Positions 35,935-46,921 of a DNA stretch of 64,000 bases are shown here, piece by piece (position 1 is the stretch's first letter; each line of letters starts with the position of its first letter). The stretch covers positions 1 to 64,000 of the IMG/VR virus record IMGVR_UViG_3300033153_005726; one strand, given 5' to 3'. A program made the position numbers and the translations under genes. Origin of the DNA: a virus (Duplodnaviria > Heunggongvirae > Uroviricota > Caudoviricetes). A model generated the notes under the pieces. The model did not search any database, was not told the origin of the DNA, and saw only the letters and a program-made list of their open reading frames with translations.

Positions 35935-37884
35935 TTACTCGTCACTATCTCTCGATACGTTCACAGTACCACCAGATGAACTAAAAGTACCTTTAGCTTC
36001 ATAAGTCTTGATTGGAGTACCGCCACCATCACGAACCCTGACCCATAAATCACGATCAGAATGATATGTTGCAAGGTATGATTCTTGTCCACTAACAGGA
36101 GAACCATCAGCTAACTCATCCACATAAGAAATAAAAACATCATTATCAATAGAAGCAGTAGGAACATCTGTGCTAGTTACAGTAAATACCATATCAGAAG
36201 CATTTACAACAACAGCAGTATAAGGAATCTTATGATAGATTCCATCATCACCAAGAACGCGTATAGTTCCAGTTGCTGGAGTATCAGTCGCAGATTGAGT
36301 ACTTGTTCCAAGAGATTCAGAACCATCCTTTAATTCAATCTCAGTTCCAGTATCTTCTACAGTGGCTACACTAAGTAGGAACTGTCCATATTCAATATCT
36401 GTCTCACCACCATTAATAGGCCCAACAAGAATATAATCTTCTGCGTCTTCGATACCTTTAACATAGAAGTTCTGATTATTAGGAGGATAATAAGTCTCGC
36501 CATCAAGTGCAATCAATCGATCATTATTTGTAACATCAGCAGCAGTAATACCAAAACCGTAAGAACCAAGTAAAGCAGAACCAGTAGAAGCACCACAGAA
36601 AGGAGCAGAAATTGGTTTTTCTGTTACAGAATCAATATCGGCTGTAGTTGTACCTGTACCTTGATCCAAAGTCTCAGTATCAACAGGAGCAGTACCAGTA
36701 ACAAGCTGTCCCCACATAGTATCTGTAGTATTATCAGCAAGAATATGAAATTCAGCACCACCAGAGCAATCAACTATATCTCCTTCTGCAAAAGGACCGC
36801 CTGCTAAAGTACTATAAGTGATTTCGTGAGTTACACCACGAACCTGCTCACCAGCTATACCACCAAGTACTGTGGTTTCGCCCATTACAGTAAGTGCTTT
36901 CCAGTATTCGTAAGAATCATTAATACTACGATTACTTTTATTAATATCACTTTCTATCCAGTAATATTCATCAGAGATATCAAAATCGACATCTATACCC
37001 GCATAACCAGCAGTAACAGTAAAATCTGCTGCCCAACCAGTTACCGTTGTGATATCAGTTGTATTATTGGTATCATCAGCAAACTGAAGAGCAATAACAT
37101 TATTACCACGAGCAGTTCCATTAACTTTAAATTCAGAAAAAGTCTTAGTCCACACTCTGGTTGTACCGATGATTTTTCTTCCGTCAAGTTCAGCACCAGT
37201 TGTTTTTACCTTGAGTAAGAAACGAGATGCAATACCATTTGCGGCATCGGGATTTAATGGTGCGCCAATGTAATAATCATCAGCATCGGTGAAAGTATCT
37301 AAAGTACCACCGTAAAGATCGGCAGTTATAGTATCTGCAGTATTAGATATAATAACACCCTGAGAACCATCAGTTGTATTCTTAATCATATAACCAACAA
37401 ATTCATCTACTGTCCATGTTTCACCAGTATCCTCCATGGTAGAACCAGATGAACCAGCAGAAGCTGCTCCTGTAATTCCCCAGTTCCAGAAATCATTCGA
37501 AACAACAGCATTGTCTTGAATAATCTGACAATTACATCCTTGATTGGCAATTACAGTAATACCGTCCCAAATATCGTTTCCACCACCTTGAATTATAGAA
37601 CAATCATAAAGATGTTCAGATGCTGTTTGTGTAATTGTAAAACCATTCACCATCTCAATAATCTGATCGATACCATTTCTGGTCGATGGTGTCATCTTAG
37701 TCATATCCATGAAGTCGTCGGTAGCTGGATCAGCCTGTGCATCATCAGCTAAACCTTGCAGCCACCTATGAAATTCAATTCCAGTTGCATATGTAGCACC
37801 AGACACTCCATGTGCCGGTCCACCATCATAGTCAATAACTTTTGTACTATTATTAATAGTCCAATGAGTTGCATCAATTGCCAT
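35935..37884 (-). CDS. tail fibre protein
   Basis: Gly/Thr/Asp-rich beta-rich composition; fibre cluster. Confidence 0.45.
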   Translation of the reverse strand: MAIDATHWTINNSTKVIDYDGGPAHGVSGATYATGIEFHRWLQGLADDAQADPATDDFMDMTKMTPSTRNGIDQIIEMVNGFTITQTASEHLYDCSIIQGGGNDIWDGITVIANQGCNCQIIQDNAVVSNDFWNWGITGAASAGSSGSTMEDTGETWTVDEFVGYMIKNTTDGSQGVIISNTADTITADLYGGTLDTFTDADDYYIGAPLNPDAANGIASRFLLKVKTTGAELDGRKIIGTTRVWTKTFSEFKVNGTARGNNVIALQFADDTNNTTDITTVTGWAADFTVTAGYAGIDVDFDISDEYYWIESDINKSNRSINDSYEYWKALTVMGETTVLGGIAGEQVRGVTHEITYSTLAGGPFAEGDIVDCSGGAEFHILADNTTDTMWGQLVTGTAPVDTETLDQGTGTTTADIDSVTEKPISAPFCGASTGSALLGSYGFGITAADVTNNDRLIALDGETYYPPNNQNFYVKGIEDAEDYILVGPINGGETDIEYGQFLLSVATVEDTGTEIELKDGSESLGTSTQSATDTPATGTIRVLGDDGIYHKIPYTAVVVNASDMVFTVTSTDVPTASIDNDVFISYVDELADGSPVSGQESYLATYHSDRDLWVRVRDGGGTPIKTYEAKGTFSSSGGTVNVSRDSDE

Positions 37885-37918
37885 TTTGTACTCCTGTGTA
37901 AATGTTGATTAATATTAC

Positions 37919-38272
37919 CTAAATAACCTTAACTTCTATACCTGAATCATCAGATATTATTTTAGCAACAGCTATTTGAATGGCTCCAAGAGCATTAACC
38001 AAACCCATTTCACCTGTTTGGGCTTGTTCCATTGCCATCATATAAAAATCTTCAATAGCTATAGAATTACTTCTTTTTTTGTATGTAAATTGATTTTTAC
38101 TATCAATAGCACGTAATCTATATTCGATACTGATTACATATTGTGGATGGGCTGTGAGTGAAGCAGTACGTACTTGTTCGCATGTAAGTTTATCCATAAA
38201 GATACGATCAAACACCAGAGGTTCTTCTGGTTCAACATCAGATATTCTAATCGCCATTTTAGTCACCTTCAC
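37919..38272 (-). CDS. hypothetical protein
   Basis: ORF track. Confidence 0.35.
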   Translation of the reverse strand: MKVTKMAIRISDVEPEEPLVFDRIFMDKLTCEQVRTASLTAHPQYVISIEYRLRAIDSKNQFTYKKRSNSIAIEDFYMMAMEQAQTGEMGLVNALGAIQIAVAKIISDDSGIEVKVI

Positions 38273-38330
38273 AGATTATAATTAATTTACATCATGATAC
38301 AATCTTTTATTGACAAAATCAAATAAAAAA

Positions 38331-38771
38331 TTAAGGAGTAACACATGGGACTGTATCAAGGTTATCAATCATCACATCAGCCCGTAATTGAAAGTGACAA
38401 TAATTTGTTGATTTACGATTCTGACCGCCCCATTCAAGGGCAGGACACTTATCAAGTACAAGATTACCAAACAAAATATACCATGCTGTAACTGAGGTAT
38501 CACGTAAATTCCATGACCATCTACCATCGTAAAAAACGTAATCAACAGCCGTGGCATACAATGGTGGGTCATTATCAAGATTGTAAAGATGCCGTGAGAC
38601 TATGTCCTTGGTCTTACCACGTTGAATTAACATATTATGACGTTCATGTACCCTGCCACTTTCAAACAACCGTAAGGGTATCTTATGAGCTTCTATGACG
38701 TCGTGCTGAATTACTTCAATACAATTAGCCATAATTGGATGTAACATTTCATAATTTCTTTGAATTTTCAT
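38331..38771 (-). CDS. hypothetical protein
   Basis: ORF track. Confidence 0.35.
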   Translation of the reverse strand: MKIQRNYEMLHPIMANCIEVIQHDVIEAHKIPLRLFESGRVHERHNMLIQRGKTKDIVSRHLYNLDNDPPLYATAVDYVFYDGRWSWNLRDTSVTAWYILFGNLVLDKCPALEWGGQNRKSTNYCHFQLRADVMIDNLDTVPCVTP

Positions 38772-38774
38772 ATA

Positions 38775-39023
38775 TTATCCTGATATTTCAACTATTGATA
38801 ATGAAGCTAAATTAGGTGCCTTGGAAACTACAGTACTACCTTCAATAAAAACATAAGAATTTGTATCATATGTTTCATCAGTATTAACCACTATACCTGT
38901 TGCACTACTTCCTGGAACACTTACAGTTATTTTCCCATCAGTAGCATCATTATTCATCACCTTTCCTATCCACCTATTTTGATCTGGTAAAAGATTTAAA
39001 AACTGAGTCCATGGGTTAGCCAT
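38775..39023 (-). CDS. small structural protein
   Basis: ORF track. Confidence 0.35.
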   Translation of the reverse strand: MANPWTQFLNLLPDQNRWIGKVMNNDATDGKITVSVPGSSATGIVVNTDETYDTNSYVFIEGSTVVSKAPNLASLSIVEISG

Positions 39024-39039
39024 TTAATCACCTTATAAT

Positions 39040-41394
39040 TTATGCAACATAATCAATATGTTGTTCTACGTTGAGTACTTGTTGAGCACTAAATCCTCCA
39101 GTAGAACGTGCAGCAGCTACACTAACTGATGTTACTTGTCCATACCAAACTTCCCCACGTTCTTTAACAGCAAGCATGTCTCCTGGTTTGAACAATCCCA
39201 TGCCACTACCAGCAGGACAAAGTACACTTAAACGAAGGGTGTGTTTTATCCACTCACCTACTTCACCAATAATCATTTTACCACGTTCACCTGCAGATTC
39301 ACTAGTAGTTAGTAGTTTATCAGTAATCATTGGGGCTTGTCCAGTATAATCAGAATTTCTCCACACTTTTGTAAATATAGAATCATCTTCTGCATCATCA
39401 CCTTCAACAAGTGTCCCATTAGACCTTACATTTTCTCCTATTACATGAACTTCATTATAATAAGGTTTTAGTTCATAACTCCTTGCTATTTCTACACATT
39501 GATCTTCAACAATACCAAAATAGTGATCTTCAGAACCATCCCATTTCCAAGGAGCATTTCTATACATAGGTTTTACGTGAAAAGTATTCTCACTGGCATC
39601 AGTTTGTATGTAAGCACCAATAGTATCGGTAAGTGTTTTCATTATTTCTATAGTGGTTTTATCTGTATAAGAGAATGTATCTGCAGGAATAAACCACATT
39701 TGATCATGTGCATTAAAACCACTTTCTATATCTTGATATCCAGTACCATAATCACGCCCTATATCTCCAGCAGACTCACCCCAGCTTGCAATCCACGATT
39801 CAAAATCGCTATGCCAGCCAGAAGCAGGAGTTTTATTTTCTATTAATGCATTAAATATCTGCCCTCCTGCATATGGAGTCGTTTCAACACCTGAATGTTT
39901 CATATCTATAGGATCACCAAACATTAATGAATGTGACCTGCCAACAACTGTCCAGGCATCTTTACCAAATGATCTATTTTCTGACCATCCCTCAACAACA
40001 CAATTCCATTTGTATCCATTTATTTCAATAACAATAACGACAAACACGCCATTATAAGGTTTCATTTTTTCAAGGCAATCACGAGAAGCGACTGTCACAC
40101 TAAACTGCCATAACCAACTATCCCTATCAATAGTGGCAGAAACAGCTAACACTTCAATTGGTGTGTTGGTTATATATTCTTTAACTAAAATTGAATTTAA
40201 CATATAATATACCTGTTGTGCTATTGGGAATAATCGGTCTTCTGGTTCAATTAATATACCTGAACCTGCATCTCTCCAACCTGTATGCCAATGACCAATA
40301 AAGGGACAACGTGGATTGGGATCTGATGTATAGGTAGTTAAATCAAAAGTAAGTCCACTACAAACATCAGGTGTCAATGGATATTTAGAAGGAAAATTAA
40401 ATGGAATAGAATAACATGCTTTTGGAGGCCAATAAATATCTCCAAAACATATTTTGTAATAACTAAAAGGCCCCCAGGCAATACATTTATTTGCGTCATT
40501 TGCATCTGGGGCATTCCATATAGTGTCAAAATGCCAATCATATGCTACAGGCTCATCAAATTTAGCGCACTTAGATATGTCATTAGGATCTGGGGCATTC
40601 CAAGGTACTGCAAAATGCTCATTAATGTATTCTAAATTAGAACCCCATAAAGCAGTATTATGTTCATCTATTATAGAAAACTGATCCCATAGGGCAGCTA
40701 TTGATAAATCCCATAAATCCTTAAATACACTAGCTGAAGAATGAACTGTATTGTCTAAATATTCCAATATAAACCATGAAAAACCTATAGATAAATCAGG
40801 TTTGTCTTCTGCTTTGAAAGATGCAGCAATTACACGTCTTCTATCTTCCCCATCACCAGCGGGAAATCTTTTAAGTGTATCTACACCTACATTACCTCCC
40901 CAACCAGTACCACAACCCTCTTCTGGAATTAAAGTGCTTGGTAAATGATGTTCTTCAGTACCCCGTATTAATGATTCTGTTGCACTAGTCAAAATAGTAA
41001 CATCATCTATCACCATATCAGGTAATATTTCAATGTCATGTAAAGGTAGCTCTATATTTATTTCTACATCATCTATCACCATATCAGGTAATATTTCAAT
41101 GTCATGTAAAGGTAGCTCTATATTTATTTCTACATCATGAGGTTCATGATGATACATAGGTTCTAGCAAATAGTCAAAAAATTCTATATTAATGTCAGCA
41201 TTGGCCGTATTAATAGTAGGTCCATTATGTACCCAACTTTCTTGAGCTTCAAGTACAATTTCAACATTAGCGGTATTAATATCTGGTGCTACATCCCCAC
41301 CAACATCAAAAGTAATGCTTGTACAGATAGGTGGAGTATACGAACCACTGCTATCAAAATCAAGTACATTACATATTGGAGGGGTATACGCCAT
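39040..41394 (-). CDS. baseplate/fibre structural protein with internal 22-aa tandem duplication
   Basis: ORF track; duplicated INIELPLHDIEILPDMVIDDVE. Confidence 0.45.
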   Translation of the reverse strand: MAYTPPICNVLDFDSSGSYTPPICTSITFDVGGDVAPDINTANVEIVLEAQESWVHNGPTINTANADINIEFFDYLLEPMYHHEPHDVEINIELPLHDIEILPDMVIDDVEINIELPLHDIEILPDMVIDDVTILTSATESLIRGTEEHHLPSTLIPEEGCGTGWGGNVGVDTLKRFPAGDGEDRRRVIAASFKAEDKPDLSIGFSWFILEYLDNTVHSSASVFKDLWDLSIAALWDQFSIIDEHNTALWGSNLEYINEHFAVPWNAPDPNDISKCAKFDEPVAYDWHFDTIWNAPDANDANKCIAWGPFSYYKICFGDIYWPPKACYSIPFNFPSKYPLTPDVCSGLTFDLTTYTSDPNPRCPFIGHWHTGWRDAGSGILIEPEDRLFPIAQQVYYMLNSILVKEYITNTPIEVLAVSATIDRDSWLWQFSVTVASRDCLEKMKPYNGVFVVIVIEINGYKWNCVVEGWSENRSFGKDAWTVVGRSHSLMFGDPIDMKHSGVETTPYAGGQIFNALIENKTPASGWHSDFESWIASWGESAGDIGRDYGTGYQDIESGFNAHDQMWFIPADTFSYTDKTTIEIMKTLTDTIGAYIQTDASENTFHVKPMYRNAPWKWDGSEDHYFGIVEDQCVEIARSYELKPYYNEVHVIGENVRSNGTLVEGDDAEDDSIFTKVWRNSDYTGQAPMITDKLLTTSESAGERGKMIIGEVGEWIKHTLRLSVLCPAGSGMGLFKPGDMLAVKERGEVWYGQVTSVSVAAARSTGGFSAQQVLNVEQHIDYVA
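41001..41132 (-). repeat. perfect 2 x 66-bp tandem duplication inside the 784-aa gene
   Basis: catcatctatcaccatatcaggtaatatttcaatgtcatgtaaaggtagctctatatttatttcta repeated head-to-tail. Confidence 0.6.
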
Positions 41395-41960
41395 TACGCA
41401 GGGTCTCTCACTACTACATCAAAAGTGAAGAAAATAGTTGTTCTGCCCGATTCAACATCATTATCACCACCAAGTGTCGTTTGAGCAGTAGTGACAAAAT
41501 GTAATGTTTTGGTAGCGTGTTCAAGTAATGCCGTATGACTCACTGTACCTGCTGTATGCGTCACTACACCCATCTTTTGAGCTACAATAAGTTTACGGCC
41601 ATCAGTGTCACCATCATCCTTTGAATAATCCCCTGAGACCATTGTCTCATTAACAAGAGAATAATTTTCATGTGATTTCCAAGTAACACCACCATCAGTA
41701 AATTCCTGGTCTTGTGTAGTTCCCCATCCAGGTTCTGTACCACCAGAATCACCAGCAACAATACATTCATAAATAAAAGCATTGTCAGATGGTGGATGTA
41801 CTAAATCACCTATAATATATGCTGTACTAGCTGTCCATAAATCAGGCCATACAGCATTAAAAAATGTTGTAGGCTGTGCATTACAGATAGCTTGTTCATC
41901 AGACAAAGCTATACTATCAAGTATTAAATCTAAATGTGCATCCGATAACCACTTAGCCAC
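41394..41960 (-). CDS. structural protein
   Basis: ORF track; ATG overlaps next gene. Confidence 0.4.
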   Translation of the reverse strand: MAKWLSDAHLDLILDSIALSDEQAICNAQPTTFFNAVWPDLWTASTAYIIGDLVHPPSDNAFIYECIVAGDSGGTEPGWGTTQDQEFTDGGVTWKSHENYSLVNETMVSGDYSKDDGDTDGRKLIVAQKMGVVTHTAGTVSHTALLEHATKTLHFVTTAQTTLGGDNDVESGRTTIFFTFDVVVRDPA

Positions 41961-41971
41961 TGTACTTCTCC

Positions 41972-44900
41972 TTAATTAAGAATGAATTCAAAAAATACGT
42001 CATCAGGGTTAGCTTGGATATCTAAATCCAATACCATTTTAAATTGAATCTCTATACCAATTGTGTCCATAGCTGCTGTTATCCCAGGAACTGCTAAACC
42101 ATTAGTACATTCAATCCATGAAGTATCCCCTGTTTTCATAACATACACTTTAATATGGGAATCACCTAGTATTGAAGTGTAACTCCAATTAACTTGAGAA
42201 AAAACTATAATACCATCATAAGGTTCTAAATCATATACTTCAGATGACCAGGAATCACTATTATTATATCTAATCTTTGTGAATTCAGGGAGTACAAAAT
42301 CAGTACTAGTTTTAATTCCAACTGCAACATCAAAAACCCCAACAGTAGAATCAAATAATGTATCAAATTCTGTAACAGTAAGTGCATCTACTTGCGTTTT
42401 AGTATTGTAATTGATTACATATTCAAAAGCTGCCGATAAAGCAAAGTTTGCTGAATTAAGACTTTTCTGCCAAACATCAACACCATCACGGTAATGCCAA
42501 TCAGAATCACCTGTGTCCCCATGTATAGCATCATCAGTTGATGCCACTGCTCTCCACGCAGCAGATTCATATACATAATAAGTATCATGATCAATTGTAA
42601 ATGCTAACCCGATAGTTTCATTTTTATCGTCTAGGGTTATATCAATAGCGGTAATACTTTCATCTAAAAATAAAGGGAAAGTAGTATGTACAGAATTGAA
42701 AAGATTCACTGTAAAAATGTCTGTATAAGTAGGTAAAACAGTATTTTTATAAATAAATGCGATATCATCAGCACTTAAATCAGTATCAAATATATAAAAA
42801 TCAGATAAAGAACCAATAAAATTACTAGCTTGGGAATTAGCACCTAATTCTATTGGAGCCGAACCAGCAGTTGGGCCATAAACATTCATAGCTGCTGTAA
42901 TAGATAATACACCATTTATGTAAATAGACCAAGTAAGATCAGTCCAATTACGGGTATGGACTATATGCATCCATTCATCAAGAAGTACAACATTAGTGGT
43001 AGTTTGAATTGACTGAGAAGAACTAGAATTACCACACCAAATATGAACCTTCTTATCTGTAGTTATATTTATAGTAATTTCATAAGTATGAGTAGTGCCA
43101 AATATAGCATGAATTTCAGATAAAGAAGTGCACTTCATCCAAAAACAAATTGACATCTCGTCTTCTGCAAGTGTACTTCTAAGTTCTTCTGGTAAAGAAA
43201 TAACCTGATCACCAGAACCAGTAAAAGTCATAGCAGAAGTGAGACGTAATGTATGATTAGCAGAAAAAATAAGATTGTCAGTCGTAAATCTTTCTAATCC
43301 ATTACGATCAGAACCAAATTGGTATGTAATTAAATTTGTGCCAGTAAGTACGCCAGATTTTCTAAGTTCAGTTGTAATGTACTGTAAATCAGTGTCAGTA
43401 CTCCCAGAAGTTTCTGAGATAGATATACGCACAGGAAAATCTGTTTGTTCCGTAGGTATATCTGTATAGTCAATAGTTGCTACTACCCCAACATAATCAT
43501 CCCATCCTTTTAATGTGGTAGACCCTGCCCAACTAGAATAAGTAATTAATGTATCCGTATTTGATTTATTAGTAAGTAATTCCCAATCAGCAGTTCTTTC
43601 AATATCAGAAATACGAACTTCATCTAATGTACCATCAAGAAATGCACCAACAACAGAATCGTCTGATTGAGCACCTATTGTAAATGGTTCTCCTGAAGAC
43701 CCAAAACCAGCAAACGTGCCAGTTTCGGTGACAGATAAAGCTATACCAGAAGCATATAGTGTAAGTCCAGCAGCGGTATCAGTTCCATTATAAACACCAG
43801 CAATAGTAGTCAATACGTCTGTTGTTATATTACCACCAGAAATGTAATCTGTAGCAGTACCAAATTGAATTTCATCTGAATTTGCAGGTATACCCATAAA
43901 AGCCCCTAAATTGGCTCCTGCTTGTCCTTTGGTTGTTATTGTACCCAAACTACTTGTTTGTGCTGCACGTTTAATCACGGCCTCATAAGTGAGTCCTGTA
44001 GCAGTAATTTCAAATGATGCATCAGTTACGCTTGCAACGTCACTTGAACCATTGAAATCAACAGCGTTTCCAATCATACCAGCTACAGTAGTTCCGCCAG
44101 TTAATGAAAGATGTAATTCATTTGCAGTAGAATCTATAATAATACCTGACTCATCTACCATATGATAAACAGCAATAAAATTAGAATCCCAAACATTTTG
44201 AGCTACGGTACTGCCAATTAAACCTACATAAGAAGTATTATCAGCATGGGTATTAGAAAAATAAAACCGCAATACAGTATCTTCAGTATTAGATAAAGTT
44301 GGTATTTTAACCCATAATTCTATTTGAGCATTTTCTATATCATATTTTTCAACTTCAACATAACATTGTTGTCCTGTTTCACCTATTTCGCAAGCTATTT
44401 TTAACCCTACTGGAAAAACAATACCCCCTGTGCCGCCATCAGCAATTTGAATGTTTGCTACATTCCCTTCAAAATACTCACCTGCCCCTGCTGTAGTTGT
44501 TACAGGTGATCCTGCACAAACACCACCAACAGTTTGTTGACCAGTACCATTACCAGAAGTAACTGTGCCAGTCTCACTTACTAATTCGACAAAAGTATTA
44601 TCAAATAAAGTAATGCCGGTATTAGAACATTTTAAATTATACCATGTATCATTCTGTACATTAGAAGAAGGTACTGTAATAGAAGTAATAATAGAATTTG
44701 CATTTCCAAATAAACCAATAGCACCAGAACCATCTAATGCAACTGCAACACCATTTGTGTCATCACCTGATTTATAAATTATTTGAGGGGTTTCTTTACT
44801 TACATCTGTTGGTTTGAATTTACAAAGAATATCAATATCTGATTCATCGCCTACCCCTGCTGGTGAAGTATCTGCACAAGTGTCTAATTCATGAATAGCT

Positions 44901-46921
44901 CCAGTACCATCGAAAGCAATATGATCAGGTTGGATACTTGTACCTAAAACTACACCATCAAAATTGCGTATATCATCTCTCCAATGTCCACGCAAAGAAT
45001 AAAAATTTACGGGGGCAACTTCAATGCCTTCTAATGTAAACATGGTGTCTGTAAGATTATGAGCATAAATTGTTTCTACATCAAGTGGGGTTAGTATAGG
45101 TGGGACAGATGGTATAAGTCCAATCTGTACACCATCAGGGACTGTAGTATTTGTAACAAAGTTTGCTAGAAAAACACCTGTGAACTCAGTTCCTGCTGCA
45201 TGGCTAGACACCCCAGGCCACAAAGGCCCTGTTATGCCAGAAAAAGCAGCAGCTTTACCCACAGGAGAACCTGCATCATCAGAACCTTGCCAACCATCCC
45301 CTTCAACCCAAAAATAAAGGGCACCATCCATAAATAGTACACCAATACGATCGCCAGCACCCCATGTAATTCCATATGTTACTTGAGAAGCACTATGCAT
45401 GTGTGTCCCATTTACCCCAAAGTAACCCCAACTTGTATCATTAACTCCCACATAGTGAGTATCAAGTTGATACGCTGATAATACACCAATTATATTATTA
45501 GCATTTCCAACTGTTCCTACTACCACTTCAAAGTAAAATGCATCTGAATTAGATGTAGTGCATTGAGCAGTACACCATCCCGCTAAAATAGAAGTTACAG
45601 TTAAATCATTATTACTACCTGTAAAATATGTTGCACTAAAGTCATCGAATACATTAAATTCAGGTATACTTGGATATGAAATTGTTGGTGGGGTAAAATC
45701 TTCAGACCAACGTACTATCCCCGTAGAGATCCTGATTTCGTCCAGATATCCTTCCATGTCCGAAGATGTATATCCTGGCCCTAGTCGTCCTACCGTCACA
45801 GGGTTTGAATGCGTATTAATAGTTACAGATGTTTCTGTTACATCAATAATACCATTAAAATATAATTTTAAATCTGTTCCATCATAAACAACAGCAATAT
45901 GTGTCCATGTATCTACTGGAACGGCAGTGATACCAGTTAGTACCACTACATTGTCACTATACACATTAATACCACCGCCACTAGGTCTAGAAAGATACCA
46001 ACCTGCCATTGAGCCGCCACCCTCACTCTTACCAATAAAACCCATATTTCCAGTATCTGTTGGGTGTATCCAAAAATCAATAGACCACGAACCTGATGAT
46101 AAATCTAAATCTACATGATCTTGCACAGAAAGGTAATCACCAGTACCACCAAAATAAATAGAAGTAGTTCTAAACTTATGTTGATCTATTTCGTGGTGTA
46201 CATCACCAGTAACAGCAATAACATGAGTACTATCAGAATTGTCTTTAAACATGATAGACTCATCAACTGTATTTGACTGAATTAAAAGTTTAGTATATTG
46301 ATCATTCCCACCAATACCTAGAAAACTAGGAACAAATTTTGTTAAATCTCCATCAAGAAAAACACTACCTAATTCATAAATAACATGAGCACCATTTACA
46401 ATAAGTCCTGGTTGTATATCATCTCTGCCAATGACTTCCTCAGATGAAGAATCTGTTAGTTTCCCTTCATATGGAACATACAACCATTCTATGGTTTCTA
46501 TATTGTCTTTTAAATTATGCTCGGCAACAATATACATAAAAGAAACTATCTTTGCATCAAACTGTAAAACACCAGTAACATAAATAAGACCAGCATCAGG
46601 GAATATTAATGAATCATACTCTGCTGGATGGTCAAAATTTACATTACATAGTGAAATCCTGTCATATATATCAGCGTTAAAGTCACCGCCTTCATCTCTA
46701 CATATAAGAGTAATGGATTCATCAGGACAATAGGGAACATCAAGTAGCCAATCACCTGTAGAAATGTCAGCAACAGTGACACCAAGTAATTCTCCAGTAA
46801 CCCTATAATAAGCAAGGATTGTTTTTGCAGCCGAATTACCAGAAGTAACTGTGCCAGACATACGCATTTTTATAGAATTAGAATCAAATTCACTCGAAAT
46901 CCATTTTCTATTAGTTAACAT
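41972..46921 (-). CDS. giant fibre/baseplate protein (1649 aa) with ConA/LamG-like lectin domains
   Basis: ...NAVDFNGSSDVASV... and ...LDEVRISDIERTADW..., ...YLDEIRISTGIVRWSEDF... match LamG/ConA-like patterns. Confidence 0.5.
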   Translation of the reverse strand: MLTNRKWISSEFDSNSIKMRMSGTVTSGNSAAKTILAYYRVTGELLGVTVADISTGDWLLDVPYCPDESITLICRDEGGDFNADIYDRISLCNVNFDHPAEYDSLIFPDAGLIYVTGVLQFDAKIVSFMYIVAEHNLKDNIETIEWLYVPYEGKLTDSSSEEVIGRDDIQPGLIVNGAHVIYELGSVFLDGDLTKFVPSFLGIGGNDQYTKLLIQSNTVDESIMFKDNSDSTHVIAVTGDVHHEIDQHKFRTTSIYFGGTGDYLSVQDHVDLDLSSGSWSIDFWIHPTDTGNMGFIGKSEGGGSMAGWYLSRPSGGGINVYSDNVVVLTGITAVPVDTWTHIAVVYDGTDLKLYFNGIIDVTETSVTINTHSNPVTVGRLGPGYTSSDMEGYLDEIRISTGIVRWSEDFTPPTISYPSIPEFNVFDDFSATYFTGSNNDLTVTSILAGWCTAQCTTSNSDAFYFEVVVGTVGNANNIIGVLSAYQLDTHYVGVNDTSWGYFGVNGTHMHSASQVTYGITWGAGDRIGVLFMDGALYFWVEGDGWQGSDDAGSPVGKAAAFSGITGPLWPGVSSHAAGTEFTGVFLANFVTNTTVPDGVQIGLIPSVPPILTPLDVETIYAHNLTDTMFTLEGIEVAPVNFYSLRGHWRDDIRNFDGVVLGTSIQPDHIAFDGTGAIHELDTCADTSPAGVGDESDIDILCKFKPTDVSKETPQIIYKSGDDTNGVAVALDGSGAIGLFGNANSIITSITVPSSNVQNDTWYNLKCSNTGITLFDNTFVELVSETGTVTSGNGTGQQTVGGVCAGSPVTTTAGAGEYFEGNVANIQIADGGTGGIVFPVGLKIACEIGETGQQCYVEVEKYDIENAQIELWVKIPTLSNTEDTVLRFYFSNTHADNTSYVGLIGSTVAQNVWDSNFIAVYHMVDESGIIIDSTANELHLSLTGGTTVAGMIGNAVDFNGSSDVASVTDASFEITATGLTYEAVIKRAAQTSSLGTITTKGQAGANLGAFMGIPANSDEIQFGTATDYISGGNITTDVLTTIAGVYNGTDTAAGLTLYASGIALSVTETGTFAGFGSSGEPFTIGAQSDDSVVGAFLDGTLDEVRISDIERTADWELLTNKSNTDTLITYSSWAGSTTLKGWDDYVGVVATIDYTDIPTEQTDFPVRISISETSGSTDTDLQYITTELRKSGVLTGTNLITYQFGSDRNGLERFTTDNLIFSANHTLRLTSAMTFTGSGDQVISLPEELRSTLAEDEMSICFWMKCTSLSEIHAIFGTTHTYEITINITTDKKVHIWCGNSSSSQSIQTTTNVVLLDEWMHIVHTRNWTDLTWSIYINGVLSITAAMNVYGPTAGSAPIELGANSQASNFIGSLSDFYIFDTDLSADDIAFIYKNTVLPTYTDIFTVNLFNSVHTTFPLFLDESITAIDITLDDKNETIGLAFTIDHDTYYVYESAAWRAVASTDDAIHGDTGDSDWHYRDGVDVWQKSLNSANFALSAAFEYVINYNTKTQVDALTVTEFDTLFDSTVGVFDVAVGIKTSTDFVLPEFTKIRYNNSDSWSSEVYDLEPYDGIIVFSQVNWSYTSILGDSHIKVYVMKTGDTSWIECTNGLAVPGITAAMDTIGIEIQFKMVLDLDIQANPDDVFFEFILN

